This document shows positions 34,577 to 43,861 of a DNA stretch of 64,000 nucleotides, piece by piece. This DNA comes from Planctomycetota bacterium (GTDB lineage: Bacteria; Planctomycetota; Brocadiia; JAADGH01): positions 160,001-224,000 of the forward strand of contig JBFMAD010000004.1 of NCBI GenBank assembly GCA_040755855.1, given 5' to 3'. Numbering within the stretch: the first letter of the stretch is position 1; every line of letters starts with the position of its first letter. The position numbers were made by a program, and so were the translations under genes. The notes beneath the pieces are model-generated. The model was not told the origin of the DNA. It did no database searches and was given only the letters and a program-made list of their open reading frames with translations.

Positions 34577-36694
34577 ATGATGAGCGAAAAGCCGATTTTT
34601 AGCGTGCTAACGTCTATTTTTTCCTTATTGTTTTCACTGCAAGCATTTGCGCACGCCGGACCCATAGCGTCTGCGGAGTCGGCAGAACACATGCTTGATT
34701 CCTTTGAGGCAGATCCGGCCGCTTTCACCACACGAATCCGTGGGAAGGCGTCAGCAGAGCTTACGGGACGTTCCGGCATCGCCCGGCACGGCAACCGCAG
34801 TCTGCTGATTCAAATGGACCCATGTGGGGAGGAGGGGCGTCACTCTCTGGTCATGACCTGGCAGTTCAACGATCCTGCCGACTGGTCCGCCTATGCCGGC
34901 CTGTCGCTGTGGGTGCAGACGCATGGCGATCCCCCGCCGCAGGCTACGTCAGGGGTCGTTGAAGCCACTGGCGCTCACTACTGGGTAAAGTCACTGCCCA
35001 TTGCGCCCCGGAAGGAGGGGGAATGGCAGTTGATCGAACTCCCGTTCAAGGAGTGGACATGGAGTTGGGAGGGGCCGAAGGACGAGAATGGACGGTTCGA
35101 CCTGACCAAGGTGAAGCTCCTCCAACTAGAGATCCGTGCATTCAAGAACGCACCACTTACACTGGGGTTAGACGGGCTGGGCCTCTATACGCCCAAGCCG
35201 CCGTACTCGGGACCGATGCTCCGCTTCCGTCCGGTGAAGAAGGCCCCCTGGCCGTTCGTGTGTGAGCCGGGACAGGACCATCGGGTAGGTGTGGAGGTCC
35301 GCCAACTCGCTACCGGACAACGGGCGGAGGTGGACGTGGTTGGGACGGACTACTGGGGAAAGAATAGGCTGAAACAGAGGATAGTCTTTCAGGGAGAGGA
35401 CGGACCTGAGCGCCGCCTTGTGCAGGAGATATCGTTTGCCGGCGAGGGACCGGGCTATGTGGGATTGTCGGGGGTCCTGAGTGTTGGCGGCCGGCCTCTC
35501 TATCGGGCGGAGGGCGGGGCGGCATGTATCAAGCCCACGGACCCGGAGGAGGCGGGGCCGAACGCAGATTCCATCTTCGGCATCTGGGTCGGCGGCGGGG
35601 GACAGAGGATCGGCGCAAAGTGGGACCGTCAGTTGATGCGGATTTCGACAGTGACAAAGACAGATGGCCGGTATCAGATCGAGGGCTGCCCGCCGGGCGA
35701 ACCGAGATCGAAGTGGGGGGCGCCGGAGCAGGGCCGCATCGTCTGCTTCGTGACCATGGCAAAATGGCTGTCGAGCAAGCCGGACCGCGCGGACTTTGAA
35801 ACGTGGAGCCCGACGAGTTGGGAGGAATATGCAAAGATCGTCGAGTTTTGCGTTCGCGGCGCGGCCGAGGCGGGAGTCCACCACTACGAAGTCTGGAACG
35901 AGCCGGTCCCCTTCGCCGGATGGATGGGGCCGATGGAGACCGTCGTCAAACTGCACGAGGTAACGTACCAGTCCATCAAGAAGGCGCAGCCGGATGCCGT
36001 GGTGCTCGGGCCGTGCCCCTACACGTTCAAGTGGGATTTTATCGAGAATTTTTTGAAACTCGGCGGGGGCAAGTGGATCGATCAGGTGGTGATCCATGCC
36101 TATGACTCGGCGCCGCCTGACGCGAACTTCGCCGCGAACTTCCGGAGACTTCGTGAACTGCTTGGGCGCTTCGGCCTGGGCGATCGGGATATCTACATCA
36201 CCGAGATGGGCTATTCCACACCAGCGGTCACCGAGCGCCAGCAGGCGCAGTATCTCGTGCGGGCCTATGTCTATGCCTTGTCGGAGCGGGTGCGGGTGTT
36301 CATCTGGCATATGCTGTGGGACTGGAGCGGCGTCCGCGATCCGGAAAACCACATCAGCGACCCAGGGTACGCGATCCAGCGCTTCGACAAGAGTCCGCGC
36401 CCCGCCTACGTCGCCTACGCGACGATGACCCGGCTGCTGGAATGTGCAAAGTATGTGGGACCGGTTGACGGTCTTGGAGAGACGCAACGGGGATTCGTAT
36501 TTGCGAAACGAGGCAAGCAGGTCCATGTCCTCTGGGAGACAGGCGACAAATCCACGACCCTCACGCTTCGCAACCCTGCGGAGGAGATGACGCTGGTCAA
36601 CATCGTAGGCGGGGAAGAGGTGATTCGACCGGCCGCACCCGGACGTTACGATCTGATGCTTGGGCCGGATCCGATCTACGTTGTCGCCAGGTAG
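34577..36694 (+). CDS. Secreted clan GH-A (GH39/GH5-like) glycoside hydrolase with N-terminal CBM11-like domain
   Basis: Signal peptide; DWSAYAGLSLWV...WQLIELPF...FDLTKV; catalytic VWNEP and ITEMG. Confidence 0.75.
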   Translation: MMSEKPIFSVLTSIFSLLFSLQAFAHAGPIASAESAEHMLDSFEADPAAFTTRIRGKASAELTGRSGIARHGNRSLLIQMDPCGEEGRHSLVMTWQFNDPADWSAYAGLSLWVQTHGDPPPQATSGVVEATGAHYWVKSLPIAPRKEGEWQLIELPFKEWTWSWEGPKDENGRFDLTKVKLLQLEIRAFKNAPLTLGLDGLGLYTPKPPYSGPMLRFRPVKKAPWPFVCEPGQDHRVGVEVRQLATGQRAEVDVVGTDYWGKNRLKQRIVFQGEDGPERRLVQEISFAGEGPGYVGLSGVLSVGGRPLYRAEGGAACIKPTDPEEAGPNADSIFGIWVGGGGQRIGAKWDRQLMRISTVTKTDGRYQIEGCPPGEPRSKWGAPEQGRIVCFVTMAKWLSSKPDRADFETWSPTSWEEYAKIVEFCVRGAAEAGVHHYEVWNEPVPFAGWMGPMETVVKLHEVTYQSIKKAQPDAVVLGPCPYTFKWDFIENFLKLGGGKWIDQVVIHAYDSAPPDANFAANFRRLRELLGRFGLGDRDIYITEMGYSTPAVTERQQAQYLVRAYVYALSERVRVFIWHMLWDWSGVRDPENHISDPGYAIQRFDKSPRPAYVAYATMTRLLECAKYVGPVDGLGETQRGFVFAKRGKQVHVLWETGDKSTTLTLRNPAEEMTLVNIVGGEEVIRPAAPGRYDLMLGPDPIYVVAR

Positions 36695-36795
36695 TCGGGC
36701 CGAAATTTCCTTGATCGCCGCACTGAATCGTCTTATCCTACTACCGCTATCGTTATTCCGGGGCCAATCCATCCGGGCGCACTGGGAGGAGAGAG

Positions 36796-38148
36796 ATGAT
36801 CAAGAAGAGAATATCAAGACGAGGTTTCCTGCAGGCCGCGGCGGCGTCCGGGGTGTTCACCATCGTTCCCCGCCACGTCCTCGGCGGGGAGGGACAAGTC
36901 CCGCCCAGCGCGAAACTCAACATCGCAGGGATCGGCGTCGGCGGCAAGGGCTTCGGCAACATGCGCAGCTTAGAGTCGGAAAACATCGTCGCCCTCTGCG
37001 ACGTGGACCACGAATACGCTGCGAAGGCATTCAAGCAGTATCCCCAGGCCAAGGTCTATGCCGACTACCGCCAGATGCTGGAGAAGGAGAAGGGCATTGA
37101 CGCGGTGATGATCGCCACCCCCGACCACACCCATGCAGTCATCGCCATGGCCGCGATCCAGGCGGGCAAGCACGTCTATTGCGAGAAGCCGTTGACCCAT
37201 GACGTGTATGAGGCCCGCACGCTGGCCAAGGCCGCACGGGAGTCGAAGGTGGTCACCCAGATGGGGATCCAGGGGCACTCGATGGAAGGGGCGCGGCTCG
37301 TCTGCGAATGGATCCAGGCCGGGGCCATCGGCGAGGTGACCGAGGTGGATGCCTGGTGCACTCTTTCGTACTATCCACCGGGCCGCGCCCATTGGAGTCC
37401 GAAGTGGTTGCGCCGCCCGGAAGAGACGATGCCCGTGCCGGAGAAGTTGAATTGGGACGTGTGGATCGGCCCGGCGAAGATGCGCCCCTACCACCGCGCT
37501 TACCACCCCGGCTGCTGGCGGGCCTGGTGGGACTTCGGCAACGGGATGATGGGCGACCGCGGCGTGCACACACTCGACCCCGTGATCTGGGCGATCAAAC
37601 TGGGCTACCCGGAGAGTGTTGACGCTACGTCGCTCGACCTGAATCCTGACACGCACCCGTTGGCGTCGGTCGTCACCTTCCGCTTCCCGGCGAGGGAGGG
37701 CCTGCCGCCGGTGAAATTGACGTGGTACGACGGGCTGCGCCCGCCGCGCCCGCCCGAGCTGGAGGACGGCCGGATCATGGGCCATCCGGAGGGCGGCGCA
37801 TTCTTCAAAGGAACGAAGGGCAATCTGGCCTGCGGCATCTACGCCGAGAGTCCGCGGCTGATTCCCGAGAGCGCAATGAAAGAGTTCCTCCCGAACCGTC
37901 CGCCGAAGACCATCCCGCGCGTGGAGGGCGGTCACCACGAGGACTGGATTCGCGCATGCAAGAGCGGCGGGAAGGCCGGGGCGCATTTCGAGTACGGCGC
38001 CCTCGTCACCGAGATCTGTCTGCTGGGCAACATCGCCAAGCGCGTTGATGGCCGGATCGAGTGGGACGCGCAGAACATGAAGGTGACCAACCTGGCCGAC
38101 GCGAACCAGTACGTGCGGACGGAATATCGGCAGGGGTGGAGTCTTTGA
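36796..38148 (+). CDS. Tat-exported Gfo/Idh/MocA family oxidoreductase
   Basis: SRRGFL twin-arginine signal; IGVGGKG; ATPDHTH; KHVYCEKP; GDRGVH. Confidence 0.9.
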   Translation: MIKKRISRRGFLQAAAASGVFTIVPRHVLGGEGQVPPSAKLNIAGIGVGGKGFGNMRSLESENIVALCDVDHEYAAKAFKQYPQAKVYADYRQMLEKEKGIDAVMIATPDHTHAVIAMAAIQAGKHVYCEKPLTHDVYEARTLAKAARESKVVTQMGIQGHSMEGARLVCEWIQAGAIGEVTEVDAWCTLSYYPPGRAHWSPKWLRRPEETMPVPEKLNWDVWIGPAKMRPYHRAYHPGCWRAWWDFGNGMMGDRGVHTLDPVIWAIKLGYPESVDATSLDLNPDTHPLASVVTFRFPAREGLPPVKLTWYDGLRPPRPPELEDGRIMGHPEGGAFFKGTKGNLACGIYAESPRLIPESAMKEFLPNRPPKTIPRVEGGHHEDWIRACKSGGKAGAHFEYGALVTEICLLGNIAKRVDGRIEWDAQNMKVTNLADANQYVRTEYRQGWSL

Positions 38149-38172
38149 GGAATGGGCTTCTTGGCTTTTTGC

Positions 38173-38201
38173 TTGACAGTTCCGACTGCCGTTCCTATGA
38201 T
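38173..38201 (+). promoter_or_regulatory. sigma70 promoter for the small ORF/nucleotidyltransferase pair
   Basis: TTGACA (38173-38178) N17 TATGAT (38196-38201); ATG only 10 nt downstream. Confidence 0.7.
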
Positions 38202-38210
38202 TCGATATTG

Positions 38211-38381
38211 ATGAAAATTACAGTAACCAAGTTGCACGATCAACGCGCAGCGGATGGCACCCCGTTGAGCCCGGAAGAGCGATTGGAGTTGCTTGAACAG
38301 TTAAGACTCCAATCGGGGAAGTTCCTGTATGACTACCCAGCCAGACTTCGAAGAACTGTTACGGTTGTTCGAAGAAAATAA
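38211..38381 (+). CDS. Small (56 aa) hypothetical protein, partner of the downstream nucleotidyltransferase
   Basis: MKITVTKLHDQ...SPEERLELLEQLR...RLRRTVTVVRRK; promoter directly upstream; overlaps next gene by 53 nt. Confidence 0.65.
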   Translation: MKITVTKLHDQRAADGTPLSPEERLELLEQLRLQSGKFLYDYPARLRRTVTVVRRK

Positions 38382-38769
38382 AGTTCGATATATGATCATC
38401 GGTGGATACGCCGTAGCCTATCACGGCTACCCGCGCTTCACGAAGGACATTGACATCTTCTTCGCAAATTCGCCGGACAACGTGAAGAGAGTTCGCGCCG
38501 CATTGCTTGCCTTTGGATTCTCCGAGTCGGAAGCGCCGGAGAGCCTGCTCGCGGAGATGGGCAATATCATTCGGTTCGGCGTCCCTCCCGTGCAGGTGGA
38601 TCTTGTCAACCAGATCGACGGGGTGACTTTTGAGGAAACGGAGCGTAATGCGGTTCGTGGGCGATATGGCCGTGTCCAAGTGAGTTTCATAGGGAAAACC
38701 GATCTCATTCGCAACAAAAGGGCGTCCGGACGACCACGAGACCAAGTTGATGCGGATGCGTTGGAGTAG
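38329..38769 (+). CDS. Nucleotidyltransferase-fold protein (DNA polymerase beta superfamily; DUF6036-like)
   Basis: DFEELL...IIGGYAVAYHGYPRFTKDIDI; NKRASGRPRDQVD. Confidence 0.82.
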   Translation: MTTQPDFEELLRLFEENKVRYMIIGGYAVAYHGYPRFTKDIDIFFANSPDNVKRVRAALLAFGFSESEAPESLLAEMGNIIRFGVPPVQVDLVNQIDGVTFEETERNAVRGRYGRVQVSFIGKTDLIRNKRASGRPRDQVDADALE

Positions 38770-38798
38770 CTGAACACCCATTTCGGATGGTTTGCAGC

Positions 38799-40376
38799 AT
38801 GGCGAAGACGAAGAGAAAGATACTGGTCCTCGACGGCGTGAATCAGATCTGCGCCCGGCATCTCCGCAAGGCCGGCCTTCTCGTTAAGGAGAGCAGCGAC
38901 ACAGAGGACATCGACCTGGGCCAGTGGGACGGCGTCATCATCCGCAGCAAGACCAAGCTGAAGGCCAAGGCGATCCAGCAGGCCGCCAAGGGCAGGCTCC
39001 GCCTCATCATCCGGGCCGGGGCGGGGGTGGATACCATTGACGTGGACGCGGCGACGCGCAACGGGGTGATCATCGAGAACACGCCCGGCACGAATGCGGC
39101 GGCTGTGATCGAGCTGACCATGGCGGCGCTGGTGGCCATGGCTCGCAGTCTTATCCCTGCGCACATCTCCGTCAAGCAGGGCCTCTGGGAGAAGAAGAAG
39201 TTCGCCGGCACGGAATTGCGCGGGAAAACGCTGGGAGTCATCGGCGTAGGGAAGATCGGGCGCGGCGTGGCGACCCTGGCGCAAGGCTTCGGCATGCGCG
39301 TCTTGGGCGCCGACCCGATGTTGACCGTGGAGCGAGCGAAGGAGCTGAGCATCGAACCGGCAAACATCGCCCGCATCTGCAAGGAATCGGATTATATCAC
39401 CCTCCATGCCTCCCTGACGGAGCAGTCGAAGGCCATCCTCGGCAGGAAGCAGTTCGCATCCATGAAGAAGGGCGTCTGCATCGCCAACTGCGCCCGGGCC
39501 GAACTGGTGGACAGGGACGCCCTCCTCGACGCGCTCAACAGCGGCAAGGTGAAGTACTACTTCACGGACGTCTTCGAGCAGGAGCCGCCCCCCGCGGATG
39601 ACCCCCTCCTCCAGCATAAGTCGGTTCTCGCCACACCCCACGTAGGCGGCGCCACAGAGGAGTCAAGCATCGAGGGGGCCCGCATGGCGGCGGAGCAGGC
39701 GGCGGCCTTCTTCAACGAGGACCGGATCGTCAACGCCGTCAACTTCGCTCCGGGCGACCCGCAGCTCCGGCCGTGGGAGGTCCTGGCGGAACGCCTCGGC
39801 AGCTTCGCTTATCAGTACGCAACCGACGGCGCGTTCAAGACGATCACCGTGGAGTACGTTGGCAAGATCGCATCGCGGGACACGAACCGCGTGACCGCGT
39901 CGTTCTTCGCCGGGTTCATGCGCAACGTCCGCAGCAGCGTGAACATCGTGAACGCGAAACAAATGGCCGCCGAAACAGGCATCGATGTAACCGAAGCCAA
40001 AAGCGCCGGCGAGCACGACCAGATGCGAATCAATGTGACCATGTCCAACAGAAGCATCACCCTGTCGGGCACATGCGTCCTCGGCAGGCCGGTGCTGCAG
40101 GCGTTGAACGACTACTCCTTCGACATCCCCCTGGAGGACCGCCACATCCTCATCAGCGAGCACAGCGACGTGCCGGGGATTGTCGGGATCATCGGGACCG
40201 CGCTCGGCAGGCACAACATCAACATCGAGAAGATGGGCCTGAAGGACATCGTCGGCCGCCCCAGCATGGCCATCATCACCACACGCGAGGAGACGCCCGA
40301 CGCCGTTGTCCGCGAGATCGCGGTCGGTGTGAAGAAGCGCGGCGGGGACATCCTCCTGCGGAAGATCAATCTCTGA
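38799..40376 (+). CDS. serA: D-3-phosphoglycerate dehydrogenase (long form with ASB/ACT domains)
   Basis: RAGAGVDTID, NTPGTN, GVGKIG, NCAR, DVFEQEP, TPHVGGAT; C-terminal DVPGIVGIIG ACT domain. Confidence 0.85.
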   Translation: MAKTKRKILVLDGVNQICARHLRKAGLLVKESSDTEDIDLGQWDGVIIRSKTKLKAKAIQQAAKGRLRLIIRAGAGVDTIDVDAATRNGVIIENTPGTNAAAVIELTMAALVAMARSLIPAHISVKQGLWEKKKFAGTELRGKTLGVIGVGKIGRGVATLAQGFGMRVLGADPMLTVERAKELSIEPANIARICKESDYITLHASLTEQSKAILGRKQFASMKKGVCIANCARAELVDRDALLDALNSGKVKYYFTDVFEQEPPPADDPLLQHKSVLATPHVGGATEESSIEGARMAAEQAAAFFNEDRIVNAVNFAPGDPQLRPWEVLAERLGSFAYQYATDGAFKTITVEYVGKIASRDTNRVTASFFAGFMRNVRSSVNIVNAKQMAAETGIDVTEAKSAGEHDQMRINVTMSNRSITLSGTCVLGRPVLQALNDYSFDIPLEDRHILISEHSDVPGIVGIIGTALGRHNINIEKMGLKDIVGRPSMAIITTREETPDAVVREIAVGVKKRGGDILLRKINL

Positions 40377-40444
40377 CGCGCGCTGTCCCCCGGAATTTTG
40401 TTCTATCCTAACATGCTGTGGCACATTGTCTTACGATTCAGCGC

Positions 40445-40456
40445 GGGGGGGGGGGG
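40445..40456 (+). repeat. G12 homopolymer tract upstream of the -35 of the 40589 surface-protein promoter
   Basis: 12 consecutive G; no comparable run noticed elsewhere in the window. Confidence 0.85.
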
Positions 40457-40472
40457 CACAGCAAAAAAAGCC

Positions 40473-40501
40473 TTGACAGCCAGCCATCTTCGGCTTAGAT
40501 T
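40473..40501 (+). promoter_or_regulatory. sigma70 promoter for 40589 gene
   Basis: TTGACA (40473-40478) N17 TAGATT (40496-40501), preceded by an A7 tract. Confidence 0.68.
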
Positions 40502-40588
40502 CACCTCTGTCAAGAGTGCTCAGTCTGAGTTTCCCCGAACTTATTGGGTTTATTGTTCCTTCTCACGAGACCGAAAGGAGCTATGGCA

Positions 40589-43500
40589 ATGGCTGGAAAA
40601 GTGGCAAGCATCGTGGTTCATCGTCCGTTGAAGAAGCGCCTGGACCTGAGAGTTGAGGAGTTGGAGCAGCGCATCGCGCCGGTAACGCTGACCGGCGGGC
40701 AGACGTATCAATTCACCGACGCGAACGGCGACCTGCTCCAGGCGAGCTTCCTGGGCCGGGGGTCGGCGACGATCCTCGACTCGACGCTCGCCGATCCGGC
40801 GGGCACGGACATCGGTTTCATTGATCTGTTCAACACCGATGCCAACTCGAAACTGGTCATCCGGGATATGGTCGCCGGCGACGGCGACGACACGATCCAT
40901 GGTGACAGCGGCGCAGGCGCGCAAGGCCAGATCTCCGACATGGGGGTGGCGGCCGTCGGCCTGATCGAGTTCAATGCCCCCACGGCGGACAACTGGGAAA
41001 TTCTGATCAGCGCCGCCCTGGGCAGGCTTGTGGTCCGTGGCGCTTTCACCAACAGCTACGTTGAAATTGACAACGACCTCAACACCGTTCTGGTCCAGGG
41101 CCGGCTCGACAACACCGACTTCGACAGCGATGGAAATGTGACGCAGTTCACAGTCGGGGACGGCGTGACCGGCATGGACAACGACAGCGATGTTTTCATC
41201 AGCGGACGGCTGGGGAGGGCGATGATCTACGGCGACATGAACAACGGCAGCCGGATCGAGCCGGAGGGCTATGCCGGCCGGATCGAGGTCTTCGGCAGCG
41301 TGTTGCTCAATTCCGAAATTGACGTGGACGCCGGGGCGGGGACCATCCGCGTCTGGGGCGACCTCGACGACTCCGATATCTACATGGATTATGGCGGCCG
41401 GTGCAATATGATCCGCGTGGAGGGGTCCCTCCTCAACAATGCCCGAATTGACCTGGAGACCCAGTGGACCGGCCTGGTCTATGTCGGCGGCGATATGGAC
41501 GGCAACAGCGACATCTACCTCTACGAGTCCTACGTGCAGCGCGTTGATATTGCCGGCAATGTCCTGAACGACAGCGACATCCGGACGGGCTACTGGGGCA
41601 GCCTGGGCAGCCTCTACATCGGCGGGAACGTGAACAACGAGGTGGACATCGAGAACGACTACGGAAACGTGGGCAGCGTCACCATCATCGGCGATTTCAT
41701 TGACTCGGAGATGGATTTCGATCGGGGCAACTGCGGCTCGATCTTCATCGGCGGCGACATGCGCTCCACCGGCCTCATCACGGACATCGAAATGGACAAC
41801 GGACTCGGCAATTCGATCAGGATCATGGGCGATGTGGACAATGCCCGTATCGAGCTCAATGATTGCACCGTCCGACAGATCTATGTGGGCGGCGACTTCT
41901 TCAACGGCTCTGATATCGACTGCTACGACGGCAGCGTCTTGGACGTCCGGATCATGGGCGACGCATACGACGGGACCGGAGAGACCTACGTGCTCGACTT
42001 TGACAAGTCCACGTGCAATTCGCTGTACCTCGGCGGGAACATGTACGACGGCGCCGAGATCGAGACGGATTACTCCTGGCTCGGCAAGGTGCGCATCGGC
42101 GGACGGATGGACAGCGATGCGCTGATGGACCTCTACTCGACCAGCGTCGGCCCCATTGATGTGGTCGGCGGGATGTTCGACGGGTCCTGGATAGACCTTG
42201 ACGACGGCGATATTGATCGGCTGACGATCGGCGGGCCTCTGGACAGCCTCGGCGGCGGCCTGGTGGATATTGAAATAGACGACGGTTCGCTGGGCGATCT
42301 GACCGTGAACGGCTACGTATTCGGCGCCGATGTGGATATTGATATAATGCACAGCACGATCAACATCCGCGGCGGCGTTGACACTTCCGATTTCGAGATT
42401 GACGGCGGCACGCTGGATCGCGTCTTCGTCGGGGGCGACTTCATCAACACGGAGTTCGACATGCTCGGCGGCTACGTCGGCGCGTTCATCGTGCAGGGGA
42501 ACATGGTCGGCAACACGTCGCAACACGATTTCGACGGCTCCGTCGGCGCGATCTCCATCGGCGGGTATGTTGACGACGCCGATTTCCAGATCTACGGCAG
42601 CACCGACAGCTTCACCGTCGGCGGCTACGCGAATGATCTGGACTATGACAACAGCGGGGCGTGCAGCCGGTTCAGGATCGGCGGGGGCGCAACGGACGTC
42701 CACATCCAGGCGCAGATATTCGATTCGATCACCGTTGGCGGCGATTCCGACGACTTCGACGCGACCTCGGTGGACGGCCCCATCGGGAGCGTGATGATCC
42801 GCGGCGATTGGGCGAATGGAACCCTTCAAACCTATTGCGGGTTCGGTTCGATCGCCATCCAGGGAACGGTGACGGACTCCTACGTTAGCACCAACGGCGG
42901 CATCGGCCGGGCCTTCATCGGCGGCGACTTCATTGATAGTGATTTCGACCACATCTATGGCGAGGTGGGCCTCTGCCGAATTGCGGGCGGCGTCTATACG
43001 AACTCCAACCTCGACTTCAGGCGACAGGTGGGCATGCTGAGCATCGGCGGGCCTCTTGCCAACTCGACGCTGGGCATAGATGACGGCGGCGCACGAAGCA
43101 TCGCCATCCACGGCGACGTGGATGCATCCACCATTGATGTGTACGGCCCTACGGGGCGGTTGTTTGTCGCGGGAGGCATCCTTAACGCCAGCACCGTCAA
43201 CTTCCGCAACGGCATCGGAACGCTGACCACGACCGGCGCCGTGGACGCTTCGACGATCACCATCCGCAACGGCGGCGACGGTCTGACGCCCACGACGCTG
43301 CGTATCGGCGGCGCGCTATCCGGCGGCAGCACCATCTTCACCGAGGGCGACGCGGCGCTGGTGAGTTTCGGCGGCGGCATCGGCGGGGCGTCCACGTTGA
43401 CCATCGAGGGCTATGTCAATTCTGTGAAGATTTCGGGGAACCTCGACGCGGGCAGCGCGGTCGTGATCGGCGCTGCAGCCGTAAGCGGCTCAGGCCAGAC

Positions 43501-43729
43501 GTATTACACGGGCACGCTGAAGTCCATGTCGCTTGCCGGTTTGATCAACGGCAACATCCAGGTCCTGGGCACGCTGCACGCCATCAACTCAGTTGGGCAG
43601 GCCGTGCCGGATCTCGGCCCGACGGCGCCCCCGTTCAACCACTCCTTCGCCCCGACCGACGCCGGCGGCGCGGCCACGGGCGGTTTGGTGGAGGCGGAGT
43701 CGCTGGCGCCGGGAGCGTATGTGAGCTGA
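40589..43729 (+). CDS. Acidic repetitive extracellular protein with LEPR-xLL-like N-terminal motif; paralog of the giant protein
   Basis: AGGAG RBS; LRVEELEQRIAPV then YQFTDANGD; 22-25-aa repeats x-I-x-G-D-x-x-x-S-x-I; very Asp-rich. Confidence 0.85.
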   Translation: MAGKVASIVVHRPLKKRLDLRVEELEQRIAPVTLTGGQTYQFTDANGDLLQASFLGRGSATILDSTLADPAGTDIGFIDLFNTDANSKLVIRDMVAGDGDDTIHGDSGAGAQGQISDMGVAAVGLIEFNAPTADNWEILISAALGRLVVRGAFTNSYVEIDNDLNTVLVQGRLDNTDFDSDGNVTQFTVGDGVTGMDNDSDVFISGRLGRAMIYGDMNNGSRIEPEGYAGRIEVFGSVLLNSEIDVDAGAGTIRVWGDLDDSDIYMDYGGRCNMIRVEGSLLNNARIDLETQWTGLVYVGGDMDGNSDIYLYESYVQRVDIAGNVLNDSDIRTGYWGSLGSLYIGGNVNNEVDIENDYGNVGSVTIIGDFIDSEMDFDRGNCGSIFIGGDMRSTGLITDIEMDNGLGNSIRIMGDVDNARIELNDCTVRQIYVGGDFFNGSDIDCYDGSVLDVRIMGDAYDGTGETYVLDFDKSTCNSLYLGGNMYDGAEIETDYSWLGKVRIGGRMDSDALMDLYSTSVGPIDVVGGMFDGSWIDLDDGDIDRLTIGGPLDSLGGGLVDIEIDDGSLGDLTVNGYVFGADVDIDIMHSTINIRGGVDTSDFEIDGGTLDRVFVGGDFINTEFDMLGGYVGAFIVQGNMVGNTSQHDFDGSVGAISIGGYVDDADFQIYGSTDSFTVGGYANDLDYDNSGACSRFRIGGGATDVHIQAQIFDSITVGGDSDDFDATSVDGPIGSVMIRGDWANGTLQTYCGFGSIAIQGTVTDSYVSTNGGIGRAFIGGDFIDSDFDHIYGEVGLCRIAGGVYTNSNLDFRRQVGMLSIGGPLANSTLGIDDGGARSIAIHGDVDASTIDVYGPTGRLFVAGGILNASTVNFRNGIGTLTTTGAVDASTITIRNGGDGLTPTTLRIGGALSGGSTIFTEGDAALVSFGGGIGGASTLTIEGYVNSVKISGNLDAGSAVVIGAAAVSGSGQTYYTGTLKSMSLAGLINGNIQVLGTLHAINSVGQAVPDLGPTAPPFNHSFAPTDAGGAATGGLVEAESLAPGAYVS

Positions 43730-43749
43730 GTATAGCATTCCATTGCTTC

Positions 43750-43782
43750 AACCTCCCGGAGGTCCGGAACCTCCGGGAGGTT
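43750..43782. repeat. REP-like palindrome, family A, copy 2
   Basis: AACCTCCCGGAGGT-CCGGA-ACCTCCGGGAGGTT; same 14-bp arms as 2485..2516. Confidence 0.8.
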
Positions 43783-43800
43783 TCTTAATCGAAGCGCACT

Positions 43801-43832
43801 AAAGAACAGGGGAGAGCGTCGGCTCTCCCCTG
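43801..43832 (-). terminator. Intrinsic terminator after floA (possibly bidirectional)
   Basis: CAGGGGAGAGC/GCTCTCCCCTG 11-bp stem with TTCTTT on - strand, between convergent genes. Confidence 0.72.
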
Positions 43833-43861
43833 CGTGTTCCATCTTCACGATATCGGCCGGT

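Noticed and set aside
40550..43111. 853-aa - strand ORF opposite the acidic surface protein
   Set aside because: Antisense shadow; the + strand ORF has the promoter, RBS and recognisable N-terminal motif
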